The position numbers and the translations under genes are program-made. 64,000 bases of DNA. It comes from Octopus sinensis. Taxonomy: Eukaryota. Location of the stretch: NCBI RefSeq assembly GCF_006345805.1, contig NC_043005.1:70308001-70372000 (forward strand), written 5' to 3'. Shown piece after piece: positions 1 through 13,805 of this stretch. Position 1 is the stretch's first letter; each line of letters opens with the position of its first letter. The notes below the pieces were generated by a model. That model saw only the letters and a list, made by a program, of their open reading frames with translations, was not told the origin of the DNA and made no database searches.

Positions 1-130
1 AAGAAAAGTGGGTCGCAAATTATATATGTACACACATACACACACACATACACACACATATGCACACCCTATTCTTGCCTTCACTCCTCCATTTCTCTCT
101 TGCTCTCTTGCTTCTATTTCTAGCTTGTCT

Positions 131-581
131 GCAATGTCCGGGGAATATGGTGGGCGGGGTATCGTTTCCCATTCAATTTGCTCCAGGCTTTGAAATGTCA
201 TCCTCGCTGTATGTGGCCGGGCATTGTCTTGATGGAAGAACATTTTTCTCTTGAAACCAAAGGTGGTCGTTTTTCTTCTAGCGCAGGTGTCGATGAATGG
301 CTGAATGACCAAATCCAAGCTTCACTGCTACTTCCTCAACAGTTACGATGGGATTTTATTCCACCAGGACTTGCAAGACCTCGTCGAGCTCTACAGATCT
401 TCCAAGGTGAAGTTCGTCTTCTAAGGCTGTAGTTTCCGGTTCGGAAATTCTGGAACCACCGTTGACAGTGGTTTACGCTTATTGTACAATCTTCATATAC
501 TGCATTAATATTCCTCGCATTTTCCGTTACGCTGTTGCTTTTATTGAACACATAAAGCAAAATATGCTGAATGTGCTCCAT
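131..581 (-). mobile_element. Internally deleted mariner (DD34D-type) transposase remnant
   Basis: The minus strand gives an N-terminal HTH (MEHIQHILLYVFNK...CQRWFQNFRTGNYSL) followed, after a large deletion, by the catalytic motifs FFHQDNARPHT and WETIPRPPYSPDIA. It has stops and frameshifts. No TIRs found. Confidence 0.85.
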
Positions 582-1615
582 TGTCACTTCCAGTATAGGT
601 TTGAAAAGATAACAGTTAAAATCGAACTGCATACCTCAATACGTGCACCAAGAATAAGTACATGATAAAATTACTAAGGACGAATTAAATTAAGCTGGCG
701 TGTGTGGAAATAAACCCTTACGGCAGGGATACAAGTTTTCACATACATACATACATACATACATTCATACATGTATGTATGTATATATACAGCCATGCTC
801 ACAGACACGCACACACATACACACATACACGCAAACACACACGCGCAACTCACATACACGCACGCAGACACACACTCACACATTTAGCACATAGTTGCTC
901 ATTTATTTTACTGCAATTCATTTTTGACAGGATAATTTATCTGAAAATTGTTCTTCTACATGGATATACATAATATCAGAATCGGTCAATAACCCATAAA
1001 ATTACAACGCCATCAATGTTAGGATCAAAATCAAATTAGAAATTATTTACTGAAAAATCATAATTGATAATCAAATGATAATATATTATTTCTTTCCCCG
1101 ATATTCAACTGTTCATGCATATCTAGGCTACATCATGTATATATAGTCAGAATATGTCGCTAATATTCTTACCAGGGTGGTGGATGAGGAAGTCTTTAGA
1201 GGGGTATTTAGTTTTGTCCTCTCACGTTTTGATTTCGTAGTGTGTTAAGGTCAAATTTTTAGACTCATCATTTTTCTTTATCTTTTACTTGTTTCCATCA
1301 TAAAAATGCGGTCATCCTGGGGCACAGCATGGAAGGATTTTAGTCGAACAAATCGATTTCAGTTGATCTTTTCTTTAAAGCTTTGCACTAAATTACGGGC
1401 ACTTAAACACACCACCACCGGTTGTCAAGTAGAGTGGGGAGACAAACACAATCAGACTCACACACACACACACAGATATATATATATATATATATATCTA
1501 AAATGAGGGTGAGAAAGTAGATATTAATTTAATTAACATCGATTACACATCAGTGGTCTAGCATAAAAAAACTGAAGGTTCAGTAAAATTATATTATATA
1601 TATATATATATATAT

Positions 1616-1678
1616 ATTAGAGGGAAGCCATATGCTATTTCTAGCATATGGGTGATCACATAGTGGTTTCCTTCTAAT
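1616..1678. repeat. Small hairpin element embedded in a (TA)n tract
   Basis: Outer IR ATTAGAGGGAAGCCA / TGGTTTCCTTCTAAT, with an inner hairpin CCATATGCTA-TTTC-TAGCATATGG. (TA)n lies on both sides. Confidence 0.6.
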
Positions 1679-1704
1679 ATATATATATATATATACAAAT
1701 ATCC

Positions 1705-1847
1705 GATCTACCATCTACCAAATCCGTTCAAAAGGATTTGGTCGGCCCGAGGCTATAGTAGAACACACCTGCCCAAGGTGTCACGCAATGGGACTGAACG
1801 CAGAAACATATGGTTGGGAAGGAAACTTCTTACCACACAGCCACGCC
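1705..1847 (-). mobile_element. tRNA-headed SINE family 1, 5' half
   Basis: Reverse complement GGCGTGGCTGTGTGGTAAGAAG...GTTCAGTCCC...CACCTTGGGCAGGTG matches the head of the full copy at 7853-8252. Confidence 0.75.
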
Positions 1848-2592
1848 ATTGTCAATTAACTGAATCCCAGCTAATAAATACAGTTGATTTTCATAATCTA
1901 TATTTTCCTCGCAGATCTGATGCCCTATGACTATATTACAATTGTATTCATTTCCTAGTCATTATTGTCGACGCATAGTTTAGACCTGAACCGATTGGTT
2001 CAGTAAACATTAGGAGTGATAATCACTACAATGAATTGCCTAACGCGGCTATTTATTTGCATCCAACTAAAATGGATTATACACTTCCTTTACTTCCGTT
2101 ATGGCAATAATTCAATGGAATTTCAAGAGCTGGTTACTAGATTTGTAACATAAGAAGGTTAATTGCATTCCATTTATAGAGTATCTGTAAAGGAAGGCGT
2201 ATGGCTGAGTTGTTAGAGCGTCGGACTCGCAATCGTGAGCTAATGAGTTCAAAACTTAACCAGTTCTAACATTTTATTCTATCAAAACCAAATCATGCTA
2301 AATTAATAAAATCTAATCCTTCCCAACATTTTTTATTATCTCACTTATACCGAAAATATCCCTCATTACCTTCCCTTGTTTGGAATTCTCTCACATCACT
2401 CCATAGCGAAGAGATGACACAATATCGGTAAAGAAATCTGAGAAATTTGTTAGGAAAATACGAAACCGGTTAGTTGTCCAAAAACAATATCACTACACAC
2501 AAAATTTTATAACATTTTCCTAACATGAGGATTTCAATATATCCTTTAACCATTAATACAAGTCTTCCGTAGTTTTTTCATTCTATTTTGTC

Positions 2593-2595
<3 letters not shown>

Positions 2596-2657
<62 letters not shown>

Positions 2658-2660
2658 TAT
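2596..2660. repeat. (TA)n microsatellite
   Basis: Read directly from the sequence. Confidence 0.95.
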
Positions 2661-3459
2661 GTACGGCGGGCTTCTTTTAGTTTCTACCCATTATATACAC
2701 TTACAAATTTTGGTTCATCCGTGGCTAGAATTGAAGTTACATGCCCAACATTTCAAGCAGTGAGATTGAACCCGGATTCCTGCGGTTGGGAAACAACATA
2801 AACGCACTAATGCCGACACACTCACTCACAAACACGCACAAACACGCACATACATACACACGCACATACATACACACGCACATGCATTTAAATGTGTGCG
2901 TCTGCATGTGTGATAGTGTGTGCGTGTGTGTATATTCTAATTTTGCAATACCAGTCAAATTATGTGAATGATTGATGAAAGGTTGATTTTCTTCTGTCTT
3001 AAGAGGTCAATGCGTGCCAGAAGATGATCGTCAGCTCTAAAACGCATATCTAATTGCATACGTGTTTGAATATTAATGCAAATTATATTCCTCAATTATT
3101 TTTCTTCGTTCAATTTAGATCCGGCAAATTTAACACAGCGGAAGAAACAACCACTCACACCATATCTATGTATCTATTTATCTATCTATCTATATATTTA
3201 TCTATCTATTTGCCTACATGTCTGTTTTTCTGTCTGTATTCCTGTCCGATATATAATAGACGTATTCCAAAATATAATTCCATGTTCGAAAACATAAGGA
3301 CACAGATCTTGTGTCATAGCGAGCTGGAGACGACGTTTCGTGAGGCTAAACAGCAGTAATATTCGTCCCAGACAGGACAGGCACATAGGTTGACAAATAA
3401 GCGTTACTATATATATACCTATTAAGGTAGAAGCTTTGCTAAACATACATATATATGGC

Positions 3460-3840
<381 letters not shown>

Positions 3841-5200
3841 ACGGGGGTTTTGTCTGCCAAATTCACTCACAAGCCTTTAATAGTTGTTTCGTTCCAGTTT
3901 CCACTCAGCGGAACTGAAACCGACACAGGCTGGGAATCAAACCTCATAACCACACACACACACACACACACACATACAGATACACGCACACACCCACATA
4001 CGTACACACTCATAGACACATACTCGTACAAACACGCAGATGGATACTTAAACATAAAACTTTTTGTTAATATTTCCTTATATGATTTTAAATTATGTAT
4101 TCGTCCGTACACTTTTTATTTGTTTGGACATTTGAATTCAGGAGACGTCTAATACTCAATCAGTATTTTACAGTTTTGCCTAGAGTCCTGTCAACTCAGC
4201 TGAGCCTGAGAGTTTTCTTCGTTTAACCGGAATGAAGTATTTATCTGCAATAGACAGGTATCCCCTGTGGTACTTATGTTAAAGACAGAAAATCTTCCTC
4301 TATCCATTTTTTCCCAGAATTTGTAAAATAGTTTGTCCTCTGTTTAGCGCCCCCTAGTACAGAATAACAGCTACATTTGTTTGTTTGTTTGTTTTTGAGC
4401 GCGTACGGCTTTTGGCTGTTGCAAAATTAAGAATTGAAAGTTCTCTATTTAAATGCGTGTATTACAAAGCTTCTTTGTTTTACTTTCCTCTCCTTCTTAA
4501 TAATACTCTTGGTGTGAAATACAGTTTTTGATATATGCCTCGTCATTCATTTTGTCTTCGATTCTCTTTAAGTTTATTCCCGCAAATTTGTTTTTTTTTT
4601 TGTTTTTTATTTTATTTTACTGATACAAGAAGAATGTGGTTATTAACATAGATATATAGTTTAATTTCACAGACGTTGATTAGGTCAAAGCACAGAAGCA
4701 GATCTGGTATTTTATTTCTGTGTTGATATATCGAAGGGTGAAAGATCAGATATTTGTAATTCATTCAATGATTTTGATAAATATCACAAAAATATGCTGT
4801 TTTACTCACATCAGTACCTCTCTGTGGACGTAGAAACACGTTCATAGCTACTAATTAAACGTCAAGTTAGCTGAAAATCATTTCTACCAGAATCCGTCAA
4901 AAGTACGTCTTTAAAGGATATGAGTCAGCTTTGATATATACTTGGTGTTCTTGCTGAAGTAATTGTCAGGTAAAATTAATTATTAGCAACAGAAGCAGTA
5001 TTAACATCAAAAGGTAATATTTATCCTTACCTAAAATTGAATGTTTTGCTAGAACATAGTTACTATGACAGAAAATCTTGTGTTGGCTATCAGTCTATAT
5101 AAGTAATTTCTTTACATCGCTAGCTGGGCGATAAATTACACGCCATCTTAACAGCCGTGACTACCAGATGATGGAGTTTCACCCTTTCTGGACTTTTCAG

Positions 5201-5311
5201 TGGTAGACGCTCAGACGATATAGATAGCAGTGATGTCTCCGCTAGGGATATGCATAGAATCTCAGTGCTTAAACAGGCACCGGTATCGCGAATACCCAGC
5301 GTCCATTATAT
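5201..5311 (+). CDS. Candidate internal coding exon (111 nt, phase 2-2), host gene unknown
   Basis: Acceptor CCCTTTCTGGACTTTTCAG and donor AT|GTGAGT. Only one frame is open: [36 protein letters not shown]. Protein not recognised. Confidence 0.3.
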
Positions 5312-5351
5312 GTGAGTGTGTGTGTGCGTGCGTGTAAAGAGGGAAAGAGAG

Positions 5352-5433
5352 AAGCACATAGATAAATAAATAAATGGATAGATAGAGAGAGAGAGACAGA
5401 CAGACACAAAGATAGATAGATAGATAGATAGAC

Positions 5434-5492
<59 letters not shown>

Positions 5493-5501
5493 CAGATAGA
5501 C

Positions 5502-5564
<63 letters not shown>

Positions 5565-5573
5565 CAGATAGAC

Positions 5574-5640
<67 letters not shown>

Positions 5641-5812
5641 GACAGACAGACAGATAGATAGAAAGATGGATGGACAGACTGACGGACAAACAGACAGACA
5701 TATAGATAGATAGATACATACATACATACATACATACATACATACCTACATACATACATACATACATACATACATACATACATACATACATACATACATA
5801 CATACATACATG
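5352..5812. repeat. Compound (GATA)n/(GACA)/(CATA)n microsatellite
   Basis: Read directly from the sequence. Confidence 0.95.
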
Positions 5813-5969
5813 CATGCTGAATAATCTAAAGTATGGTAGGAAACTCGTTGTGTTCTGCTTCTTCGATATAACCTTCACCACCGAAAGCAAAAGGAGGACA
5901 AAATACACAAAATTGATTTGTAACATATATATGGATATATATATATATATATATAATTCTCTTTCTCTT

Positions 5970-6003
<34 letters not shown>

Positions 6004-6038
6004 TGTATGTATGTATGTATGTTTGTATATATGTATAT

Positions 6039-6069
<31 letters not shown>

Positions 6070-7243
6070 ATGTTCGTCCTACGAGTTTGAAGATGACCAT
6101 TGACGTCATTTGGTGGAATCGCTGCTAGGAGACCAGAGGTGACTGGTGAGGCCAATCCGGGCAAGAAAGCTCCTTCCATAGGTGGGGCAGAAGTGGGTAG
6201 GGGCTGTGCTATTGGTGCAGGTGGCTCTGGCTTTCCGCATCTGGCGTTCCTGTTCTGCTGACTGAATCCGTCTCTCCTCGGCTGCATTTGCTCCTGTGTT
6301 GATTGCTAGGATGAGCGGTCGGCAGCAAGTGTCTCCCAAGTCTCTGTGCTGATGGAGAAGTCTTTGAGAGAGACTTTGAGACTGTCCTTGAAGCGCTTCT
6401 TCTGCCCTCCGACTTTGCGTTTGCCCTGGCTGAGTTCACCGTAGAAAAGCTGCTTTGCGATGCGAGTGTCGGACATGCGGGAGACGTGGCCTGCTCATCT
6501 CAGCTGGGCCTTGAGAAAGTGAGCACCTTTGTTCGTTTTCTTTCTTTGTTTCGACCGCTTGGAAAGTATCCCCGCCAGCCGCGGTTTGCTGACGAGGGTG
6601 AGGTGAGGCTGGCTATGTTTATGGCAACCTTTTCTAGCCCCGTCCTCATGCTGCGGAGGCGAGCAGAGCGATCCTGAAGAGGGCTGCTCGGTCTCTCAGG
6701 AGGCTGCCGGACTCCACTGCTGCCTCAGTTCAGTGAGGGGTGACCACATGTCTTGAGCCGCCTGTGTGTGGGTTCACGACTGTAGCTCCCAGTGTATCCT
6801 CACCTGCTACTTCGCCGTTTCCCCATCACCACAGGACTTTGTGATGTTGGTGTCATCATGTCATGACGTGCGCGTGACTTGGATTATAGTGAGGGTGACT
6901 TGCGCAGGATCAGCCTCACTCTCTCGTCCAGTGGCAAGACAAAGTCAAGACGGCTGGAGGTAGACCAGGATGCAGGAGAGGCCGGAAGGTGGCCCGCATG
7001 GCGCAATCCAACCGCCTTAGGGGCTCCACCCCGGATTTATATAGGTTTTTGGATGGCCATTGACTCATGAGAGAGTTCCTCTGCCCTTTGACAGGTTTTG
7101 TTTTTAGTCCTGCTGGGTGTCCAAATAACCCTCCTCACCAAGAAATCTTGGTGGGGTTGCCAGTTTAGTCGCCAACGACCCGACCATGTAACAGGTTGTA
7201 CTGGGTTATATGTTACCAGTAGCTCCAAGCGGAGACCTGACAC
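6070..7243 (-). mobile_element. RTE-clade (BovB-like) LINE with most of the ORF deleted: putative 5' UTR, ORF start and C-terminus with 3' UTR
   Basis: The C-terminal part reads [44 protein letters not shown] and [18 protein letters not shown]. The 3' UTR is ATGGTCATCTTCAAACTCGTAGGACGAACA. It joins at about 6520 to KERKRTKVLT (start of an AP-endonuclease ORF, inferred) and about 650 bp of GC-richer leader. Confidence 0.8.
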
Positions 7244-7252
7244 AATATATAT

Positions 7253-7418
7253 GAAGCAGGGAGAAAGAGTGAGAAAATGCTGTGGTGAAAGAGTACATCA
7301 GGGTCACCCCCTGCTCCCTGTCGGCGCTACGTGGAGCTTTAGATGTTTACACTCAATAAACACAACGCTCGGTCTGGGAATCGAAACCGATGCTCTAACC
7401 GCTGGGCCATTGCACCTT
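7253..7418 (-). mobile_element. tRNA-headed SINE family 3, 3'-truncated
   Basis: Homologous to 47979-48280 (GGTTTCGATTCCCAGACCG...TTTATTGAG). Confidence 0.75.
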
Positions 7419-7489
7419 CACACACATATACATATATACATTCATTACATATATAGGTTAGAAATTATTAATTTAATAAATCAATAAAT

Positions 7490-7796
7490 ATAACAACAAA
7501 TAAGGGTTTAGCAACAAGTTGCTTCACCACATACCAAAAATTTAGAAATAGCAGCCAAAAGAACGCTATTTCTTTTTCCTACAACTAACAATATTTGTAA
7601 TTCACATAGGTAAACAGATAATTAATCGAAGACTATTTGATCTCATCATTTTTCTTCTTTTTACCTATGTGAGTTACAAATATTGTTATCTGTGGATACA
7701 TACTTTGTAGGAAAAAGAAATAGCGTTCTTTTGGCTGCTATTTCTAAATTTTCGGTATGTGGGGAAGCAACTTTAATCTAGACCCTTAATTATTGT

Positions 7797-7799
<3 letters not shown>
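7490..7799. repeat. Fold-back element with nested inverted repeats
   Basis: About 70-bp IR AGTTGCTTCACCACATACCAAAAATTTAGAAATAGCAGCCAAAAGAACGCTATTTCTTTTTCCTACAA and its reverse complement at 7705-7772. Inner 28-bp IR AACAATATTTGTAATTCACATAGGTAAA. Terminal TAAGGGT/ACCCTTA. Confidence 0.85.
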
Positions 7800-7828
<29 letters not shown>

Positions 7829-7852
7829 ACTTCTGACAGAAAATTTTTAAAG

Positions 7853-8252
7853 GCGCAGGAGTAGCCGTGTGGTAAGTAGCTTGCTAACCAACTACAAGGT
7901 TCCGGGTTCAGCCCCACTGCGTGACATCTTGGGCAAGTGTCTTCTGCTATAGCCCGGACCGACCAATGCCTTGTGAGTGAATTTGGTAGACGGAAACTTA
8001 AAGAAGCCTGTCGTATAGAGGTATATATATGTGTGTGTATGTGTTTGTGTGTCTGTGTTTGTCCCCCTAGCATTGCTTAACAACCGATGCTGGTGTGTTT
8101 ACGTCCCCGTCACTTAGCGGTTCGGCAAAAGAGACCGATAGAATAAGTACTGGGCTTACAAAGGATAAGTCCCGGGGTCAATTTGCTCGACTAAAAGGCG
8201 GTACTCCAGCATGGCCGCAGTCAAATGACTGAATCAAGTAAAAGAGTAAAAT
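7853..8252 (+). mobile_element. tRNA-headed SINE family 1, full length
   Basis: A/B-box-like head (GTGTGGTAAG...GGTTCAGCCCC), central TA/TG microsatellite, and 3' end GCTCGACTAAAAGGCGGTACTCCAGCATGGCCGCAGTCAAATGACTGAA. At least four near-complete copies are in the window. Confidence 0.85.
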
Positions 8253-8676
8253 AGTATATACATAGTCAATTCAAAAAGAGAGAAATACGTTCGGACGTGG
8301 CACAAGCATTGCATTAAGAAGACGCTTAGAGAAGAAAAAGAGTACACGTTTTACGTTTCAAGTCCAAGATGGAGCAGGAAAAATTCGGCAACAATCACAT
8401 GCGGTAAAATTTTTCAAGTGACCGGCGGTAGGAATTAAGAGAAAGTGCTTTCTGGAACAATAGAGTCCGAAAACGGTCACAACCTGCATGTGCGCTCGCG
8501 AGTATGTGTGTGTGTGGCAATGAGTGGTATGTCTGGTAGCGTGTGTATGTGTGATAGTTTGTGTATGTTGCAGCAGCTCCGTGTGTGTGAGTATGTGCTT
8601 GAGAGCGTGTGTGCGCGTGGTTGTAACTGTGTGTGTGCTGCGTATTCGTAAGGTAGCGTGTGATAGTGTGGGCATG

Positions 8677-8880
8677 GTGGCGAGCTGGCAGAAACGTTAG
8701 CACGCCGGGCAAAATGCGTAGCCGTTACGATGTGAGTTCAAATTCCGCCGAGGTCGACTTTGCCTTTCATCCTTTCGGGGTCGATGAATTAAGTACTAGT
8801 TACGCACTGGGTTCGTTCTAATCGACTTAATACCTATGTCCCCTCTATGTTTAGCCCCTTGTGGGTAATAAAGAAATAAG
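8677..8880 (+). mobile_element. tRNA-headed SINE family 2, near full length
   Basis: Head GGCGAGCTGGCAGAAACGTTAG...GAGTTCAAATTCC and body GAGGTCGACTTTGCCTTTCATCCTTTCGGGGTCGAT. Homologous copies at 22850, 23661, 33947 and 49251. Confidence 0.8.
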
Positions 8881-9839
8881 TATTAACTGTGCTTGTGATT
8901 TTATTTGTACGCGTAGTCTGTGCGTGTGTATGGTAGGATTTGTATGCGTGTGAGTGTTTATGTCACTCGGAGAGATGAGCAGCAATAGTGACAGGTGTGT
9001 GAATGGGTGGGTGTGACAGTGCGTGTGTGTGCGTAGATCGAAGGTTTAGTAGTGGGTCAGAGGCAACCAGAGGAGAGTGTGAGAATGTGTGGGTGTGGTT
9101 GTAGACAGGTGAGAAGTGTGTTGAATGCGTTGTTGTACACATTAATGTCAGTATTATGTGCGCGTGCTAGTTTGTGTGTGTGTGTGTGTGTGCGTGTATG
9201 TGCGCGCGCCTTTGTGTGAGAGCGCGTGTGGATGAGTGTATGTGTGTGTGTGTGTGTGTGTGTACGCGCAGATGCGTGTGTGATGTGTGGTATAGGAATA
9301 GAAAAACTAAGGAATGATACAAATATATTGTGAAAAATAGAAATAATACAAATAATCCATAAGATATTAACAAATAAATAATGAAAAATAAAAATTATTA
9401 ATACTAAAAAATTAAAGGATTAAGTGAATCCGGTAGCCGAAATAGGATCAGTAACAGAAAGAAATAAAAATCATAAAAAATTATTATTTTAATAAAATAT
9501 TAAAAAATTATTTTAAAAAAATTTGTAATCATTAAATTATTAAAAAATTAAATTAAAATTATAAAAGAAATATTAAAATGTAATGTAAAATTAATAATAA
9601 AGAATAATTAAAAAGAAATAAAAAATTAATTTAAAAAATAATAATAAAGAAGAATAAAGAAAATAATTAAAAATAATTAAAAATAACCAAAAATAAGTAG
9701 TTAAAAAATGAATGTAAAAGGGGGATGAAAATGTTTGAGTAAAATGGTTTTTAAAAAAGGTGTGCGGGGCAAAGTGACTGAAAGGAGAGGGTTGTGTTGT
9801 GTCCAAAAGAACAAGTTTTTGTATGTAGAATGAAAATGT

Positions 9840-10420
9840 AACGATGTTACAGGTGGATTCTAGAATTGGTGGATCCATGGTGTAAGGCGAAGCTGAAGAC
9901 AGTGAGATCTGTGGTAGAGTAGTCGGCCAAGCGAAAATGACGGGAGACGGGGGGGGGTGCTTACCAAGACGAACGTCAGGTAGGTGTTCTGTGAACCGGT
10001 CTGCTAGCCGACGGCCCGTCTGATCAACGTAAAGCGTATTGAAAAAATAGTACCGAACGCAGTAAATGAGGCTTGAAGAAGTGCGGGAAAATGAGTTCAT
10101 AATGTTGGTGTGCTGGTTGAAAGGACAGGTGTGGCAACGGGGTCTGGGGCAAAGGAAGGTTCCGGGTTGTGTTAGAAAGGATGGCGGAAGGAGCTACGGA
10201 CCAGTATGACGTCTATGTTATGGGCGGTTTTGAACGAGAGCAAGGGTAGGTTGGGAAAAATAGGGAGAGTGGTGAGATCTTGCTAGAAGCAACGGAAGGC
10301 CCCCAAGATCGTCCGATGAAGGGGCAGAGTTGAGGGGTAGAAAAGCAGGGGAAAGGAATGCAGCTGGAGGATCGGTGTAGGGAAGAAGACAGGGCGCTAT
10401 TGTGATCGTTTAAACGAAGA
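9840..10420 (-). mobile_element. Penelope-like element fragment (linker and GIY-YIG endonuclease), degraded
   Basis: GTFLCPRPRCHTCPF followed by SRTSSSLIYCVRYYFFNTLYVDQTGRRLADRFTEHLPDVR, the typical PLE GIY-YIG pattern (IYC..Y.GQTGR.L..RF.EH). Confidence 0.8.
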
Positions 10421-10679
10421 CTCATTTGTCATTGAATGCTCGAAATGTGGAATAGGCAGCCGACAACTGATGTAAGAACGTTCTTTGTGTTACTTGTCCT
10501 GTTTCCCATTTTATTCTCTCGCTGTTGGCGTATATATCTCGTTTGTTTTCGTACTTCATGTTGTTTACAGTTGGTGACGTCCTGTACATATATATGCCTA
10601 TATACATATATTTTATTTATTTATTTATTTATTTTATCTAGCTTCAGCTCACGAGATGTGGCCATGCTGGGGCACTGTC

Positions 10680-10703
10680 ATATGTTTATATATATATATA
10701 TAA

Positions 10704-10774
<71 letters not shown>

Positions 10775-10803
10775 CATATATACATATACATATAGATAGA
10801 TAC

Positions 10804-10876
<73 letters not shown>

Positions 10877-10969
10877 GATAGATAGATAGATATAGATATA
10901 TATAGATATGTAGATATAAATATATTATTTATGTTATTATTTAATTCAACGTCACGCATCCATTTCCAA

Positions 10970-11011
<42 letters not shown>

Positions 11012-11130
11012 TATATATATACATAAATACATACATACATGTAGATGGATATGAGTGAATGAATATATGTCTGTGTAATATGTATAAATATATATATATA
11101 TATATAATATATTTATATATATGTAGATAT
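10680..11130. repeat. Compound (TA)n/(GATA)n microsatellite
   Basis: Read directly from the sequence. Confidence 0.9.
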
Positions 11131-11943
11131 ACATGAACGTATATGCGTGGAGAGGGGCACTTACGTTTGTATTTTGTGTGCCTGGCGCGTGTGCGAATGT
11201 GTCTGTGTGTGTATATCGAACGGATTATTCTATATTCTTTATATCCGGTATATAATTTTTGTTTATCTAATTTCGCATTCATTGTCATATTTGTAAGAAT
11301 ATTTCATGATTATTTGCAAACAACGTACAGCTAAGTTCAAATATTTTACTGAAAGTTTTCTTTATCATATATAATATTCAGCACACCTCATTTTAGTATG
11401 CCGTCTGCCTGTAACTGAAAGCACACAGCGAGCAATAATAATATTAAATTGGGCTTCATTTTTGCTTATAATATATCTTAGTCTGTATTTATGCTTACAG
11501 AAATGATACCTAGTTTGAGAATGTAATCTTCAAACATCTGTGCATGAAATAAAAAGAAATACCACAAAATGAAGCACAGCAATATAGATGTCTGAGGTAT
11601 TGGAGAAAACAGCAGGCACATGCAGTTTTTGAACTGTGTCAAAACCTTAACTAGCCAAATGTGTTGAATAGGAATAAGCAGAGTTACTGGTTAGGGAGAA
11701 TGGGTGGAAAAGAAAATGCATTGGCAATAGTCTCTGAAGACATTAAATACTTGGAAACTATCCAAAGAAAAACAGAGATAAAAAAAAAATAATCTCTCAT
11801 CTTTTGTATACATACGTACTCACATATACACATAAACACAAACACAAACATATACATAGATGGATACCTTCGTTTAGGTCTACATAAATTACGACACATG
11901 CATGTATATATGTATGTAAATGTATGCAGGCATATATGTGTAC

Positions 11944-11978
<35 letters not shown>

Positions 11979-13805
11979 TATAGACAGAAAGGAAGAAAGA
12001 AAGAAAAAATAAAGAAAGATTAAAAGAAAGAAGGGAGAGACTGAGACAGAGAAATCTAGCAAAAACTGCCGGAGGACATTTTCATTGCTGTTGTCGGAAC
12101 ATTGCCAGCATGACGCCATTGAAGGTTTCATCATTCTTTAAATTATATTTCAGTATTCACTGTTTGTTTATTGTAAGGAATGAGATATAATGTGATAGGA
12201 AGAGGGAAAGATATATTGATAGAATGGAAGGAAGAGTTTATGTGAAACTCTCTGGGAGAGAGAGAGCATTGAAAAGAAAAGCCTAAACTGCAATGAGAGG
12301 AATGTAATGTATGAAAATGCAGAATGAAACGAAGTCTATAGTAGAAAGTATACGACAAAACACACAAATAAAGGAATACACATTTACTTTTATTCTCCCA
12401 AAACTAGAGGACTGGGTGTTTAAAATATTAGAAAACCGCCTGAGCTCAGCTATAGCTTTGCTTTGTAAATATGTAATTCCGATCCTACTGTAAGGTTCCA
12501 TATGTAAGTATATTCTACCATAGCCTTCGCCAAGCAAATTCTCGTAAATGAAACAACTGTGTAAAACCTCGGTGAAGTGACCGTTCTTGTAGTTGGGTGG
12601 TAAATTTAAACCTTGTTGCCTTGTATAACACCTGAAGCTGGTTGCTTTTAGCCAGTCCTACTCTTTAGTATGAGAACGTATACCCTTCAGTCATGTTATG
12701 CTTTTCCTATTTGATTAAAGCATTATAATCAACATTAATTTTACAAATTTCAATTGGAGATGGTGCTGATGCAAATATCTCCTTGTCGCTGAAAGCCATT
12801 ACAGTGAATATTACATGTCGAAATTTCAGAAGAAAATCGGCAGATTGTTGTCGAAGTTTAGCTCCATATCATCCTTGGAGTAGTAGATTTATGATCACAG
12901 ACGTTCCAGCTATGACCGCTCCCTGTTGTATATCAAAGACCGTATTATTCAATGATTACTTTGCATTTCTCATAATGTTTCAAAACGGTTTGTTTTAAAG
13001 AACATTTGAGCATTAAGGTGACCGTGTGGCAGCTCTACTTTGTCTCATCACATTCCTGAACTAACAGCTAATAGATGGTTCAATATCTTCATCATATGAA
13101 GAGAACTTGGCCTAGAGTGCACTTCATTAAAAGCAACAAAGAGCCTGGTGTGGGGGTTAAAACATAGTGACGAAATAGCAGTCTGTGATATACGCAATGC
13201 CACTAAGGTCCAACCTAATAATAATTAATGACTTAATCCACTTTACTGTGAAGTTAGATTAGAAAGTAGATAGCTTAGTGCAACAGGTAAAGCTAATAAA
13301 CACTTAATTAGCTGTCATTTTAGGTTAAAATCGACCTCTCTGTATATCATACTTATGAACGGGAACTACCAGGTAATTGAAGTCTTCAGTGGCCATGGTT
13401 TCAGGAAGTCACTGATGCTTTAACTCACTCGAGAAATTTTGATATTATTACTGCTGTATATTCTAGGTCGAGCAGACCTATTATTAAAAGCATTTCTATT
13501 GAAGTACACTTACGTATCTGAATATGAAGAGTTAGGGCGTGATTTGTGAGTGACAGGGCTGCTATATCTAGATTGATGGCTGCAGAAAACATTGCTGATT
13601 TGTAGCAGAGTTGATAAGATAATGATGGCCTTGCAAATGAATTCTAAATTTATAATCCATCGCATATATGCCTTTGTGCGCCGAGAAAGGTAATTCTATT
13701 TAATTTACATAACAAAACTAGTGATGCGTAAATATTATAACTAAATGATTCAAAGAAAGTGGAAACCAGCTCCTGGTAGAAAGATTTAGCCTCCGGGGTT
13801 TGAAG

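Noticed and set aside
7060-7243. HDV-like ribozyme at the RTE 5' end (GTCG-TTGG-CGAC-TAA motif)
   Set aside because: I could not build a consistent P1/P2/P3 pseudoknot by hand. It needs a descriptor search.
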